A stretch of 64,000 nt of DNA, from positions 36,084,001 through 36,148,000 of the forward strand of contig OX597827.1 in NCBI GenBank assembly GCA_951406725.2. The letters are read 5' to 3'. The notes beneath the pieces are model-generated. The model saw nothing but the letters and a program-made list of their open reading frames with translations. It did no database searches and was not told the DNA's origin. Position 1 is the first letter of the stretch, and each line of letters starts with the position of its first letter. Below are positions 37,345 to 50,980 of the stretch, in pieces. The stretch is from Octopus vulgaris (Eukaryota). A program made the translations under genes and the position numbers.

Positions 37345-38290
37345 CTTTTTGTCTTTTACTAGTATCAGTCATCGGACTGCAGCTACATTGGAGCATTGGC
37401 TTGAAAGTTAAGTCATGCAAATCAACCCCAGGACTTATCTTTCTTTTTGTAAGGCTGGTGCTTGTTCTATTGATCTCCTTTGCTGAACCCCTAAGTTATG
37501 GGGATGTAAACAAGCCAACACTGATTGTCAAGCCAACACTGATTGTCAGGTGACAAACGCAGACTCAAAGAATAATATATATATATATATATAATTATTT
37601 GCACGATCCAATTGAATTGAGGTATTTTAATAAAAAGACACCAAGGTAGAGTCACAAACAGCATACCCATGTATCAACAGTGTATGGACACTCACATACT
37701 TACTACAGTATATATGGATTTATCCTTCCAGATACACATACATCCACATGTACAGACCAAATACACTCAATGTATATGTAAAATCATACAGGGGTATACT
37801 CTGGCATGCAGGGAAGGTTCTGAGTGCTGTGTACTGTAAATAATAACACAAATGAACTGAGGTTCACAACAGCTGCTTCAGATATGTTTTTTTATTGATG
37901 AACAAAACAATTACATCATGTAAAAAAAAAGACTTTTCTTCAGGTGAATTAAAATCTAAAATTTAAGATTTAAGATTTTTCACACAAAAAGTATAGAATG
38001 TATATCAGCTCTCTCAACTGGTACTGAGATGAGAGTCAAAATTCATTCTATAATATTTGTGTGAAAAATCCTGAATATTAAATTTTGGATTTTAATTCAC
38101 CTGAAGAAAAGTCTTTTTACATCACACACACACGGAACAGATTTCCACAGTTTCTACCTACCAAATTAATTCACAAGGTATTGGTTGGCCCAGGGCTATA
38201 ATAGAAAATATTTGCCCAAGTTACTGTACAGTGGGACTGAACCTGAAACTAGGTAGTCACAAAGCAAACTTCTTACCCACACAATCATGA
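37345..38290 (-). mobile_element. SINE family B copy split by a ~550-bp hammerhead/inverted-repeat insert
   Basis: Family B 3' half at 37345-37560 and 5' half at 38125-38290 flank an unrelated insert at the internal microsatellite. Confidence 0.7.
37863..37948 (-). ncRNA. Degenerate type I hammerhead motif with extended stem II
   Basis: TTCAC-CTGAAGA-[T-rich/A-rich and TGATG/CATCA stem]-GAAG-CAGCTG-TT-GTGAA. Perfect 5-bp stem I and palindromic stem III, but GAAA has become GAAG. Confidence 0.6.
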
Positions 38291-38701
38291 CTTGTATATT
38301 CTAAGCATTACAAAGTAGTTTAAATTCTTCCAGTCAGTTAGTTGTAGTGGTTGGTGAATACTTCAAGTGTTGTAGGAAGTGTACTCTGTCAATTCTACCA
38401 CCTCCCAGCTGTGTACAACCCATTTGGGATCTTAGAGTAGGACTTTATTTGTAAAAGGGATATGTACAGACATATCTAGGAGGATGGTTTCCATCACCTG
38501 CTTAGCTATCACAGATGAGTTGTGGGTGAAGCATATTTGCTATCATGAGTAGTTTGACTGAATAGTTTATTGAAAGTAGTAGTTTATTTAAAGTACTAGA
38601 CAGTTGGTGAGTGTTAAGAGCTGTGTTGTTGGAAGATGTGAAGAGGATGCTTATAGAATGTGTAGTCCAAAACGGGAAACAGAGAATCAAAATACTATGC
38701 C

Positions 38702-39100
38702 ATAGGTGTGACTGTGTGGTAAGAAGTTTGTTTTCTAACCACATGGTTCTGGGTTCAGCCCTACTACATGGCACCTTGGGAAACTGTCTTTCATTATAGC
38801 CTCAGGTTGACCAAAGCCTTGTGAGTAGATTTAGTAGACAGAAACTGAAAGAAGCTTGTTGTATATATATATATATGCGTGTGTCTTTGTGTCTCTGTTT
38901 GTCCCCTCACCATCACTTGACAGCCGGTGTGTTGGTGAGTTTACCTCGCTGTAACTTGGTAGTGTGGTAAAAGTGACTGGTAGAGTAAGTACAGGCTTAA
39001 AAACATAAGTCCTGTGGTCGATTTGTTCGACTAAAACTATTCGAGGTGGTGCTCCAGCATGGCCACAGTCTAATGACAGCAACAAGTAAAATATAAAAGA
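38702..39100 (+). mobile_element. SINE family B copy
   Basis: Full-length head to tail. Confidence 0.85.
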
Positions 39101-39433
39101 AACCAGATACCTTATGTAAATGGTTTCCATAAAATAATCTCCACAAAGGACAGACATCCATAAAGCTTAATCCTGTACCAGGACTAAAAACACTACAAGG
39201 TTCTTCAGTAGCTTTAGCTGGGTCTACTTTGTTGTAAACATTTAGGTTAGTATCTCCAGGTTGGGGATAATTTCCACCCTCCAGACTTAAGAGATTCTGA
39301 AAATAGCCATAAATACAGCTGCCTTTCCTGCTTTAAGTTACTTTCAAGCATTTTAGTCACTCATACCAATCCCTGGACTTATTTCAGTCAAGTGCTTTTT
39401 ATCAAGCTCCATCATTTTAGTGGTGTAAAAGAG

Positions 39434-39483
<50 letters not shown>

Positions 39484-39508
39484 TGTATATATATATAAAG
39501 GAGCTGTA

Positions 39509-39542
<34 letters not shown>

Positions 39543-40406
39543 CATACATACATACATGCATATATACACATATATAAAATGATAACATTAGCAATAATAA
39601 ATATAATAGGAGATGAAGTGAAGGAGAAGAAAAAGAATATATATATACACATAACTATCAACATAAGCATTATACTTCTCATTTTTGTTGGTATGTTCAG
39701 CAAAATTTAGCTATGAATAATGCTCCTCCACCCCTTCACCATCTACTGTTATTATCTAAAGATATAACTAAAAAAGCAGAAACAAACAAGCAAAAACAAA
39801 AAAAAAACTATATACATATGCACACACACACACACATAGAAAGAAGCATAATATGCATGCATATAGTGGCTTACCCACCCCACCCTACTGATTACCAAAA
39901 GATGGAATTCCTTCAAAAATTCCAACAGCATCTGTTTAACCATTTCATATAATTCCTATAAAGACTTGCCAATTTTCCACAAATCAACACCTCCATGGCA
40001 ACTGCCACCACCACCACCACCACCACTGCCACAACCATTACCATCACTACCACCTCTGCTTCCACCATCACCAGCACCACCACAACCACAACAAGAACCA
40101 CCACCAATGTTGCTGCTGCCATCGCTACCACAACAACCACTGCAATACCCATTTCTCTGCCAAAAAGACAGAAAAAAAAAAAAAAGAAATCCCAATTTAC
40201 TGTAGGCCAAAGAATATATTGCCATTTGAGATTCTTACCAGTTTACAGGTTGAGGAGGAAGATGGTGGTGGTAGTTGGTGGGTGGTGATGTGAAAGTGGT
40301 GATAGTCATATAGTTAATAATGAAGGTTGGAAGCAGAGAGATGGTGGAATGATTGGGTGTTGTAGCAAAACAATGGCTGTAGTAGTAGTTGTAGCAGTGG
40401 TGGTTT

Positions 40407-40442
<36 letters not shown>

Positions 40443-40809
40443 CAGTAGCAGCAGCAGTGGTAGAAATGTGATCAGAACGTGATAGTGATAGAAGCTTTTT
40501 TTGCAGTTGTTCAAATGCACAAAAGCCTTCTTTCCCAACAAAAGTTTGTTTGGGTAGCTTAGTGGTTAAAGCAATAAAACAATGGACTGCATGCAGATAG
40601 CTAGAGATCAACAGGCTGTCCAATCAATCAATCAAAGTATCAACTGTTCAAACCCTTTCATGATCACTGCATAACATCCATAGTAAAGGCGTTTCTCTCT
40701 CAAATGACAAATTTACCAAACTATCACAGAGCCAATGAGAAGCTTCCCACGTGGTCATGCAATCTGCTAGGAATAGTAGCCAGTTTTTCCTCAAATTATG
40801 CATATCCTA

Positions 40810-41180
40810 CTTTCTTTTACTTGTTTCAGTCACTGAATTGCAGTTATGCTGGGGTACAACCTTGAAGGGTTTTAATCAAACAAATCAACCCCAATACTTA
40901 CTTTTCTATTTAAGTGTGGTATCTATTGCACCAGTCTATTTTGCTTAACTGGGATGTAAACAAACCAGCACTGGTTGTCAAACGGTGTTGAGGGAGCAAA
41001 TATACACACACACACACATACATATATATATACATATACACAATGGGCTTTCATAGTTACTGTCTACCAAATACACTCACAAGGCATTGATCCGTCCAGG
41101 TCTGTGCCATATAGTGGGAGTGAACCTGAAAGTGCAGGGTTTCAAAGCAAGCTTCTTAATCACATACCACATAGACATGC
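40810..41180 (-). mobile_element. SINE family B copy
   Basis: Reverse complement of family B, with an internal deletion. Confidence 0.75.
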
Positions 41181-41682
41181 CAAGAGAAAATAAACAGAAC
41201 TGCCAAGACCAGAATGCCTTTGATCCAAGGTCTGCTCAATTGGGACAAATCAGGGACTAAATATCAGTTTCTAACTTAGGCACAAGACCACAGTTCTGAG
41301 GGGAGGAAGTTAGTCAATACCATCAAACCCAATAATAAACTGGTTCCTTATTATATCAACACAGAAGAGATGAAGGGTAAAGTTGACTTCAACAAAGTTT
41401 GACTTAGAGTGTAAAGAGTCAAAGAAACAAATTAAAAAAAGAAGCCAATTTTTCCAAGGCTCTAATGATTCCGCCAGCTTACTGCCAATTTGGGGCTAAA
41501 TAATGTAAGAAGCAGGAGCTCTGTAAAAATGATGAGTTCTTCATAATTTCACAGTGCTAAGATTGGGTTCTGTTCCAAATCTTACCAATGTAGTGAGAGA
41601 AAAGTAGCTGTATGATACAGGCATAGGTATGGCTGTGTTCCCAACCATATGGTCTTAGGTTCAGTATCTATATATCTATCTA

Positions 41683-41725
<43 letters not shown>

Positions 41726-41726
41726 A

Positions 41727-41780
<54 letters not shown>

Positions 41781-42335
41781 GATCCAAAGAATTAAACAGA
41801 GCTTACAGTAAGCTCCCTATCTGGTGCATGGCTATCAAAATGTAACATCACCATTGTTCTGAAAATCCAGGAATTGCAATGGTGGAGATTTTGTATAAAG
41901 ATTAACCAGATAAGATAAGTGAAGTGAACAAATAGATGTTTATCCCATTAGTTGACAACTGTTTCATAACCTGTGTTTAGTTGCATGAGATACTATATCA
42001 TTTATCATATATACTGTTTGTGACTACATAATGAAACTATTTGCTGTTTATAGTAGAGTCTGGTGTTTTAACCTGTGATGAAATATTCTGAAGTGTAGTC
42101 TGTCCATTATGTTGCAGCACAGTTACACTAATGGGTATATCTATAATCATATATAAACTGTGTCCTACATTATTAGGGAAATCAACCTTCTCTCAATAAA
42201 TAAATGTATATTCATTCTAAACCAGTTGTTTTCCCACTGACTGCTGGCAAAACCTATCTGCACACATTCTGCTATAATAAATTGGATCTGCAGACGCCAA
42301 CAAATGGCGGCACTTTTGTGATTGGGTAACATTTT

Positions 42336-43541
42336 CACCGTTACAAATTATTAGGCAAGTATAATAAAAATGATAATTGTGTTAGAACAAACATGTATTT
42401 AATGCAACACTAAAGGTTTAACAAAAAAATTATTCATGAAGGACTTAATGGTAAACATAATAATATGTTAGCATGAAAATAATCATGGGATTATGATGTC
42501 ATACAGCTCCTAATGTTTGATGTATGATTCTCCACATGCAATAATCTTCCTTATGCACTGATCCACTGAATTTGTCAAGGTGATGATATTCTCTTGTGTC
42601 ACGCTTTGAGCAGCATCTACAATAGCATCCCAGAGGGCAACTTTATTTGAAAACTGCCATCCATCTAGGTAAACATGCCTCTTCAGGACACTCCACAGAT
42701 TTTCAATTGGATTTGAGTCAGGGAAACAAGGTGGCTGTTCCATCAGACAACCTCCAGAGAAGCCAATTTGCTGCAGGTATTCCTTAGAATTTTTCGCTGC
42801 ATGAGACAGGGCATTATCTTGCATGACAACCAGATTTCTCTTGAATGAAAGTTTTTGCTTTTTGAACCATGGTTGGAAAGTGTCCTTTAAGAAGGTAATA
42901 TATGTTTTCGATGTCATCTTAATGGCATTGGGGCTTTCCATGGCCTGACCTTCATACTACCAATGATGCCAGCCCAAAACATGACCCCACCTCCATCCTG
43001 TTAGGGTCTCAAACGATGAGGACAGTCCCTGCTGATTGATACCCAACCTTTACTCCAGCCATCTGGTCTGTGAAGGGTAGCACAGCATTCGTCAGTGAAC
43101 AAAACTGTTGAAAAATCTATCTTCATGTATTCTTCTGCCCTATTCAGTCTCTTCTGCTTATGAACAGCCTTCAGTGGGGGCCTTATAACAGACTTAACAT
43201 GCCTAGTTACCTGCTTCAAGAGGCAACACCTGGTAGTTTCCGATATGTCTTCCCTGCAACAACGTTTGAAGACTTCTCTACTTGTCAGACATGGATTCAG
43301 CACAACTTCTGTTTTCACACATGACAAAGTACAATTTGAAGCAACCCTTGACTTACCATTATCTGCCCTTGACTCAGGGCAATAGCAGAAGACTCATACT
43401 CAATGTGCTGTGTAGTGGGACTGAACCTAAGACCATATGGTTGGGAAACAAGGTATCATCCACACAGCTACACCTATGCCTGTATCATATAGCTAATTTA
43501 CTGAGAGAAGGTTGATTTGCCTAATAATGTGGGATGCAGTG
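42336..43541 (-). mobile_element. Tc1-like DNA transposon, DD37E (TRT-like), defective
   Basis: Transposase pieces VLFTDE...PDGWSKGW...GGGVMFWAGII and MQDNA...PDSNPIENLW, with 37 residues between the second D and the E. Inverted termini share ATTATTAGGCAA (~42349-42358 and ~43517-43528); TA follows at 43542. Confidence 0.88.
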
Positions 43542-43554
43542 TAAGTATATATAT

Positions 43555-43607
<53 letters not shown>

Positions 43608-43720
43608 TTTATATATATGTGATGTATGATACAGCATCATTTAAGTAAGTGATACAGATTACAAAACAGCTGTCAGCTAATGGAATAAGCATGTATTCTC
43701 TCACTTCACTTCTCAGGTCA

Positions 43721-43761
<41 letters not shown>

Positions 43762-43866
43762 TATATATACACATATATTTAGTAAATCCCCAAAAATGAA
43801 CAACAATGCGAGTACGTGGTACATGTAAAGTATTAGCAGACACACTCAGGGAAGGAAAGAAAGGTG

Positions 43867-43902
43867 GTTTTACACTGCAAGCAAAAGCTCTTCTTCAGAA
43901 AC
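43867..43902 (-). ncRNA. Decayed minimal hammerhead-like motif
   Basis: GTTT-CTGAAGA-A-GAGC TTTT GCTT-GCAGTG-TA-AAAC. Stems I and II and the 5' core are present, but GAAA is lost. A related, more decayed copy lies at 24440-24545. Confidence 0.4.
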
Positions 43903-44242
43903 AGGAGACAGAGGAAAATCCAAGGGAAAAGGAAGACAGGAAAAAAAAATCGCTAACAATTCACATGTAGGAGGTATTATCAATCCAGGTAAAATACCTT
44001 ACAAGCTCTCTATTAGTACACCAAGCTAACAGTATTGTTTAAAATAGTAAAGGACTTAGTATTCTTGTGGCAGGGTCCAAGGTTATATTTCAATACCATT
44101 CTATATTCTAAATCCATGGTTGTGTTTCAGTTATACTAGTTTTTACATAGAGTGATATGCAAGACAAGGCATAAATAATGGTCATTGCATATTTTTCTTC
44201 ATTGTAGAAAAATATTTAATGGTCATTATTTATGCCTTGTCT

Positions 44243-44298
<56 letters not shown>

Positions 44299-44634
44299 TG
44301 TGTGTGTGTGTGTGTGTGTGTATGTGTGTGCATCTGTGTGTATCTTGTCTAGATATCATGTGATACTTGTAAATCATCATCACACAAGCAAGGTTGTTCA
44401 TTTCTGTTCTTCCCTGAAAAACAAGTCTAATTACAGGAAAATATTACTTTGCTTTGAAACAGGTGGGTGTTGTCAACAGGGAGGGTATCTGACCACAGAA
44501 AAGTTACCTCAACATATTCCATCTGACCCATGCAAGCATGGAAAAGTGGACAGTTAATGATGATGATGGTACATACTACAAAGTCACACAGGATTCCTAT
44601 GATGGCTGCAGTTAATTGTTTACAAATATGCGTA

Positions 44635-44669
<35 letters not shown>

Positions 44670-45285
44670 ATGTAGTAAATTCAACTCAATTTCAGTTGTC
44701 CATTGTACAATATTGACTTATCTATTATTGTTACTGCTTAGGAGGAAGAGAAAAAATAGCTCCCATAATACTCTACAGGATCTCCAAGACTGACAGGAAT
44801 CAAAGGAGTTATTCTAAGATCAGAGACCTAGATAGAATGCTAGCACCAGAATGGACTCTGCGAAATAGAACCACAAGTGATGGAGTATGTCTACATCCAA
44901 GAATCAGAACAATCCCCCCATGGGATTTCTTAGTTTCTGTCAGTGAAATTTCAACTCACAAGGTTTGGTAAACTCAAAGCTATGATAGGAGACACTTGTC
45001 CATAGTGCTGCAAAGAGGAACTGAATCAGATACTACAAAGTTGCAAAGTAAAATTCCTAACCACACAGCCATGTCTGTGCACTGGAAGGGGAGGAATACA
45101 ATCAATAATCTATTTCCACACTAGGTGCAAGTATGGTTGTGTGTCAATAAGTTCACTTCCCAAACACATGGGTTTAGGTTCAGTCCCACAGCACAGCACC
45201 ATGGGTGTCATTTACCACAGCCTCATGCCAACCATAGCTAAATCTGCTAAATCTACTCACAAGCAGTAGATTTTGAAAGAAACCC

Positions 45286-45318
<33 letters not shown>

Positions 45319-45830
45319 TTACATTTGTTTTTCTCTGAAAATCATTGAGCTACAAATGGTGACATCAATGCTCTTGTCAACAAATGAGAACCCATACTCG
45401 AAAAAGGTATGGGTTAGCAACAAGAAAGGCATCCAGCTGTAAAACAGTAACTCAATAATATATTCATCTAAGCCATGCAAGCATGGGAAAACAGACATAT
45501 AAATGAAGACAGCCAACAGATGGAATGAAGCTCAAAACAGTAAGCTTGCCAAACACTAGCCAATCAGCACTAAGCTGTATTTTTCATTTGGGTGTACCTA
45601 TACACACACACAAACACGTAGCTAGAGAGCATGAGCATCAATCTTGATGAGATATGGACCAGTAATCTAGCAGTTCTTGGTTGACCAGATGAGCTGTAAC
45701 TATCAGATAGAATCTAAAAAAGTCACTTGTTAGCAATTTAGTATAAATACTTATTCTAATTGTCAGTATTGAAAGCTGAAAGAGGAAAAAAAAATTGGCT
45801 TGGGTATAGACTGAACTCAATCCCATAAAG

Positions 45831-46127
45831 CAATGCTTCTCAAACTATCTGATGTGGAGTACTGGCAGATTTTTTTTCCAATGTACCAGGGACCAGTAAT
45901 ATTTCTTAGTAATATTAATTTATACCGAAATCAATATATATATAATGAATATAATAAAAGTTGACAAATTTTTAAATCTTATATTTATCTCATAAACAAA
46001 TAATACAATAATACATAAGCATTTTATAAGCATCTTATAATGTTTCTTTCTTTTCTGGAAACTCAACGCGTACCAGCAGCTGATGGCTCGCAGACCAGCA
46101 CTGGTCTGCGGACTACCACTTTGAGTG
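45831..46127. mobile_element. hAT (Charlie-type) MITE
   Basis: Left end CAATGCTTCTCAAA and partly deleted right end TTTGAGTG, with 8-bp TSD CCATAAAG (45823-45830, 46128-46135). Confidence 0.8.
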
Positions 46128-47684
46128 CCATAAAGTACAGGTCTAGATGATGTGAAGTATTAAGTCCAACTGTCTTCCCATTCTACACAATGTGATGACC
46201 CTGTTCAATGAATTCTGGATATTCATGTTTATTAACAGTGACGGTGTGTGGCCTAGTGGCTAGGGTGCTGCATTCACAATTGAAAGATCATATTCTTGAT
46301 GCCTGAACTAGGTAGTGTGTTGTTTTCATGAGCGAAACACTTCATTTCACTGCTCCATTCCACACAGCTGTAAATGAGTAAGCCTGTGATGAACTGGTGT
46401 CCTGTTCAGGGAGTATCTTGTGATCTCAGCCACTTTTATGTCTTTGAAAACTAGGTAACCAACTCTCTGAGTCCAAGGACTTGAGACTGCAGTTACTTAC
46501 ATCCCTATTAGGGTTACTTGATAATTTCCTCCAAAAAGGTTATCAAATATTTCAAATATAAGATAAATATAGTATTGGGAGTGGCTTTAACTGCAATGGC
46601 TAAAACAAAGAAATAACCTACAATTAATTATGTTTTTTCATGCAGAAAGCACCCTTTGGAAAATTACCAGTCATTATAGAACTACAGTAGCCATAGCACC
46701 ATGTTGTACTCTACAATTTATTGAACCACTGACTGCTGAATTGATAGAGTCATTAGAGTGTTCTGTGAATGCCCCATGGTATTTGGTCCAGCTTTCTGCA
46801 CTGTGGGTTCAAATTCTAATGAGGTCACCTTCACCATTTATTGGATGCTTACAGTGTTTGTTCCAGCTTTTTGCATTCTGATTTCAAATCTCACTATGGT
46901 CTACTTGGGTTACATATTTAATCTGTCACCTGATTTTATCCAACCACCTGGTACTTTGGGCCCCTTTAGCAGAGTCTACTCTGATGCAAGCATCTATGTT
47001 AGGATACCTTCCTCCCCCTCTTACCTTCCCACCTGTCTTGGAGGCCCTGCAAAGGGATACAAGCACTGCCTTACTCTCTGACTAATCAATTAAAATACTA
47101 AATTTTCCCTTATGCTATCATTAGTGCTGCAGTTGCTGTATATTTCAAGAGTTAATCAAGAGATCACCAAAATCCAACAGAGACATTTACATCATCACCA
47201 CTTAATCTGCTATTATAACAGCCAAATCTTCCAATTAAAAATGATATCCATTTTAGATACTGCAATAACATAAAAAGCGTGATATGCCAGATTCAAAAAT
47301 TAGAACAAAAAAATTAGTAGTAGAGAGCCAATCTTGTTTGTATAATTAACCCTTCTGATAGTCATCTGTTTGACCCATTTACTAATCCACTTGAAACTAC
47401 CTGTTTCAAAGTATTCATATTTTAATTAAAATATTTACTGAATTCTCATTACACAGATTGTGTAAACTAAATTTCAACTGGAAAAAATCCATCACAAGAT
47501 TACTGTTAGGGTTAGCATAAGAAAGAAAAAGTAGTGAAACAAACATCAGCTAAATATTGGATAAGTCTGTATGCTGTAGTGAGATGAAAATCCTGCCAGT
47601 TCACCTTGGCTTTATTTGATGCATCCAGAGTTTTGTCTTCTCATGTCATACAAATTCATATTTGCAAACTTAGTAAATAGGTTC

Positions 47685-48070
47685 ATGTGTGGCTGTGTGG
47701 TAAGAAAATAGCTTCTCAAATACATGGTTTTGACTTCAGTCCTAATGCATGGCACCTTGGGCAAGTGTCTTCCATTACAACTTTGGGCTGACCAATGCCT
47801 TATGAGTGAATCTGATAGACAGAAACTGAAAGAAACCTACCTTCTATATGTGTGTGTGTGTGTTTTTGTTTGTCCCCCACCACCACTTGACAACTGGTAT
47901 TGGTTTGTTTATGTCCCCACAACTTAGTGGTTCAGCAAAAGAAACCAATAGAAAAAGTGCCAGGCTTTAAAAATAAGTACTGGGGTCAATTTATTCAACT
48001 AAAATTCTTCTTGGTGATGCCCCCGCATGGCCACAGTCCAATGACTGAAACAAATAACAAATAAAAGATA
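47685..48070 (+). mobile_element. SINE family B copy
   Basis: Full head, (TG)n and tail. Confidence 0.85.
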
Positions 48071-48324
48071 GATGTCCTTCTTAATACTTTAAAGAGTATA
48101 CTGGGTACATGGCATCAGTATCATAGAGGTTGTTATGTCTTAAACAAAACTAGAGAACCCTCACAATCTAACACTTTACAGAGTGTACTGGATACATTCT
48201 ATCATAGCACCAGCACTAAGGTTGTCATGCACTTTACAAGACCAAATTATTTCCATCTGTTTGCCCATCATAGTGCACTAATTGCATTCATCTCAATTCT
48301 TGGTTATCTGGAAAATTAAATTAA

Positions 48325-48542
48325 CCCTTTAGCATTTAGTCTGGCTATATCCAGCCCAAATATTCTACATGTTTTATGTTAAAACTGACCAGGTACAACA
48401 TCTTGCACCAACCCTACAATGTCATTCTAAAAATATACCAACAGACCATTGAAATCTTGAAGCTACAAGTTAATGCATGATTAATTAAAAAAAATGAATA
48501 AATAAGCAATAAATTTGACAAAGAAATCTGAATGCTAAAGGG
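48325..48542. mobile_element. piggyBac-type MITE
   Basis: TTAA|CCCTTTAGCATT ... AATGCTAAAGGG|TTAA. A decayed, oppositely oriented relative lies at about 19325-19540. Confidence 0.85.
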
Positions 48543-48999
48543 TTAAACTGCAAATAAATTCAAATATTCTTGTTAGAAATGTCATCAGAAAAAGGTTGCT
48601 AAGTTCTTCAACTAGTTATGATTGAAAGATTAAACCCATTATATAATTTTTTTATGCTAAGTTGGATTAGTCAGAGGAGGAAGGAACATCATTTATACTC
48701 TAGGGTCACTAAGACAGGTGAGTGGAGGCAATGGGCTCTGCTAAAAACATCCGATGCTTCAAAAGGCAGCCACAAATTAATTTTTTTCGTCAACCAAATT
48801 TTATTCACAAGGCTCAGTCAAACCTGAGATTATGATAAAAGACACTTGCCCAAGGTGCTGCACAGTGGGATGGAACCAGGAATCACATAGCTGCAGAACA
48901 AACTTCACCACACAGCCAAGCCAGCTCCCACAATAAGTTGAGAACTTCAACTCAGAGGAATCAAAGGTGGTCTATGAAAATAGAATCCTGAAACATACC

Positions 49000-49630
49000 T
49001 AGATATGTCACTCCATCCATCTACTTCTATTGCCCACTATTCCTGGGAGGGCTGTTGGGGTAGAGTCCTCAGGTACTTCCTCCATTGGATCTTATCAGAA
49101 GCAAACATCATTATACTTATCTGTTGGATTCTCAAGCATGATCAACTGAGACAATAGCTATTATCCAACCACCTTGCTCTATCCCTAGGTCTCCTCCTGG
49201 TTGACTTGACTGGAAGAATTTGCCTTGCAATCCTTTCCTATGACATTCTAACCAAATAGCTATGACCTTTCAATGCAGAGAAGTAGTGGCATGACCTGGA
49301 AACTTCCTGAACTCTGAGCTGTGCACTCCAGAAATTCTTCAGAGGAACTCCATTTCAGCTGCTTGTTTTCACAATTCTACACTTTCAGTCATTACCCAAA
49401 ATGCATGACCATAGCTGAAGATAGGCATGAAAATCAAACTGAAGATAGCAAGTTGGGCATTTTTACAAACCTCTCCTATTTTGAAGATTGAATGCTGAAT
49501 CTGGCATGCCACTACACTAGCATCTGCAATTCTAGCATCCAATTCATTCTCCTACCTCCCATAACCCAAGAATATGGCTTTAAGATACTTCTCCACTTGC
49601 CACAGTGATGTTCCCTGAACATGCAGAATG
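49000..49630 (-). mobile_element. Degenerate RTE-clade LINE 3' fragment
   Basis: Minus-strand remnants QVEKYL... and GHAFWVMTE...KQAAEMEFL*RI resemble the RTE motif YG.E.W.......IQA.EM.FLRRI. Confidence 0.6.
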
Positions 49631-50929
49631 CACTAAGACTAAAATCACGATCAAATCTGTCATGTTCAGTTTTCTTGGAATTATCATCAAAGGTTCATTT
49701 GAAATGTCCCATACCAAATCTGTTTAATGAAATCCAACATTGACTATACAGTGACTACACCCAAACAGTCATAGAGTAAAATGTAATTTTGACATTAAAA
49801 ACCTGATTTGATTTATGGGACAAAAAATTTTTAGTTTTTTTTTTTAGACTGTCTACTACCACTGTCAACCATCACCACTACCACCACCATCATCATGTAC
49901 TGCAAGGGAACCTAGTCTACTCTATCCATCCTCACCATTCACTACCTGATGGTAGGTACCTGTTGTTTGTTTCTCTTAGTAATGTCCAGAGGGCTTGTAG
50001 TTGCACATAAACAAGTATATATACGAGCAATTATTTGCTCATAAGTGGTGACTACAAATCCTCTAAACAGAATACATTAGCCTACATTTCCTCTAGACAC
50101 TTAACTGTCAAAAATAGATACCAAATCATTAAAGAAAGATTTATTTCTCATTAATTTAATTTTGTGAAACTAGAGCTAAACAATGGCCTTTACGATCGTT
50201 TTAGGGTCACGGAAGTATCTACATTGTTTTTAGATGTGTATGCAACTGCAAATAGCTTCATTAACATTTTTTTTTGTCAGGCCTTAATAAGAGGAGGAAA
50301 GAGAAGAAAAGAGCCTTCAAAACTGGTTGGAAATAAGAAAGAAGTTATCTTCATATCAAAGACATGTTCTGGATGTTTGTGACATGGGCCATGTGCAGGC
50401 ATTAAACTGGGTGACAGATTAGGTGTGCCACCCAATATTCCCTATACTTCACTTTTACTTACAACATTTCAATTGATCATACAATAACTACAACAATCAT
50501 CTAGACATAGATGTGATTGCAAATGAACTCCTTAACCATGCGGCTCTATATGAAGTAGTTATCATTTGTTGATTTGTTGGGGTAGATGTTGGAAATAAAT
50601 GTCATATATATATATAGTGGTAGTAATGTTGGTGGACCTGCATCATATGACAACGAGGATTCAGTCATTCAATAAACTGAATTACCTACTTCTGAAATAG
50701 CATGTAAACAGCTGAGCAATCTATAAACACATACATTCTTACTGGCTGTACTTTTTGAATTACAGGTACAATCCACAAGAAGCTCCCACACAGTTTTTGT
50801 TTGTGCAATTTCACTTACAAGATAGGCTATAGAAAATAACCTTTGCAAAAGATGCTATGCAGTGAGATTGAACCAAGAACATCATGGTTGTAAAGCAAAC
50901 TTTTTAGCTTGTTAGCCATACTGTACATA

Positions 50930-50980
<51 letters not shown>

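Noticed and set aside
39960-40470. Pro-, Thr- and Val-rich ORFs, and complementary (CAC)n versus (GTG/GTA)n tracts
   Set aside because: Trinucleotide microsatellites; no splice or homology support, and the pairing is low-complexity.
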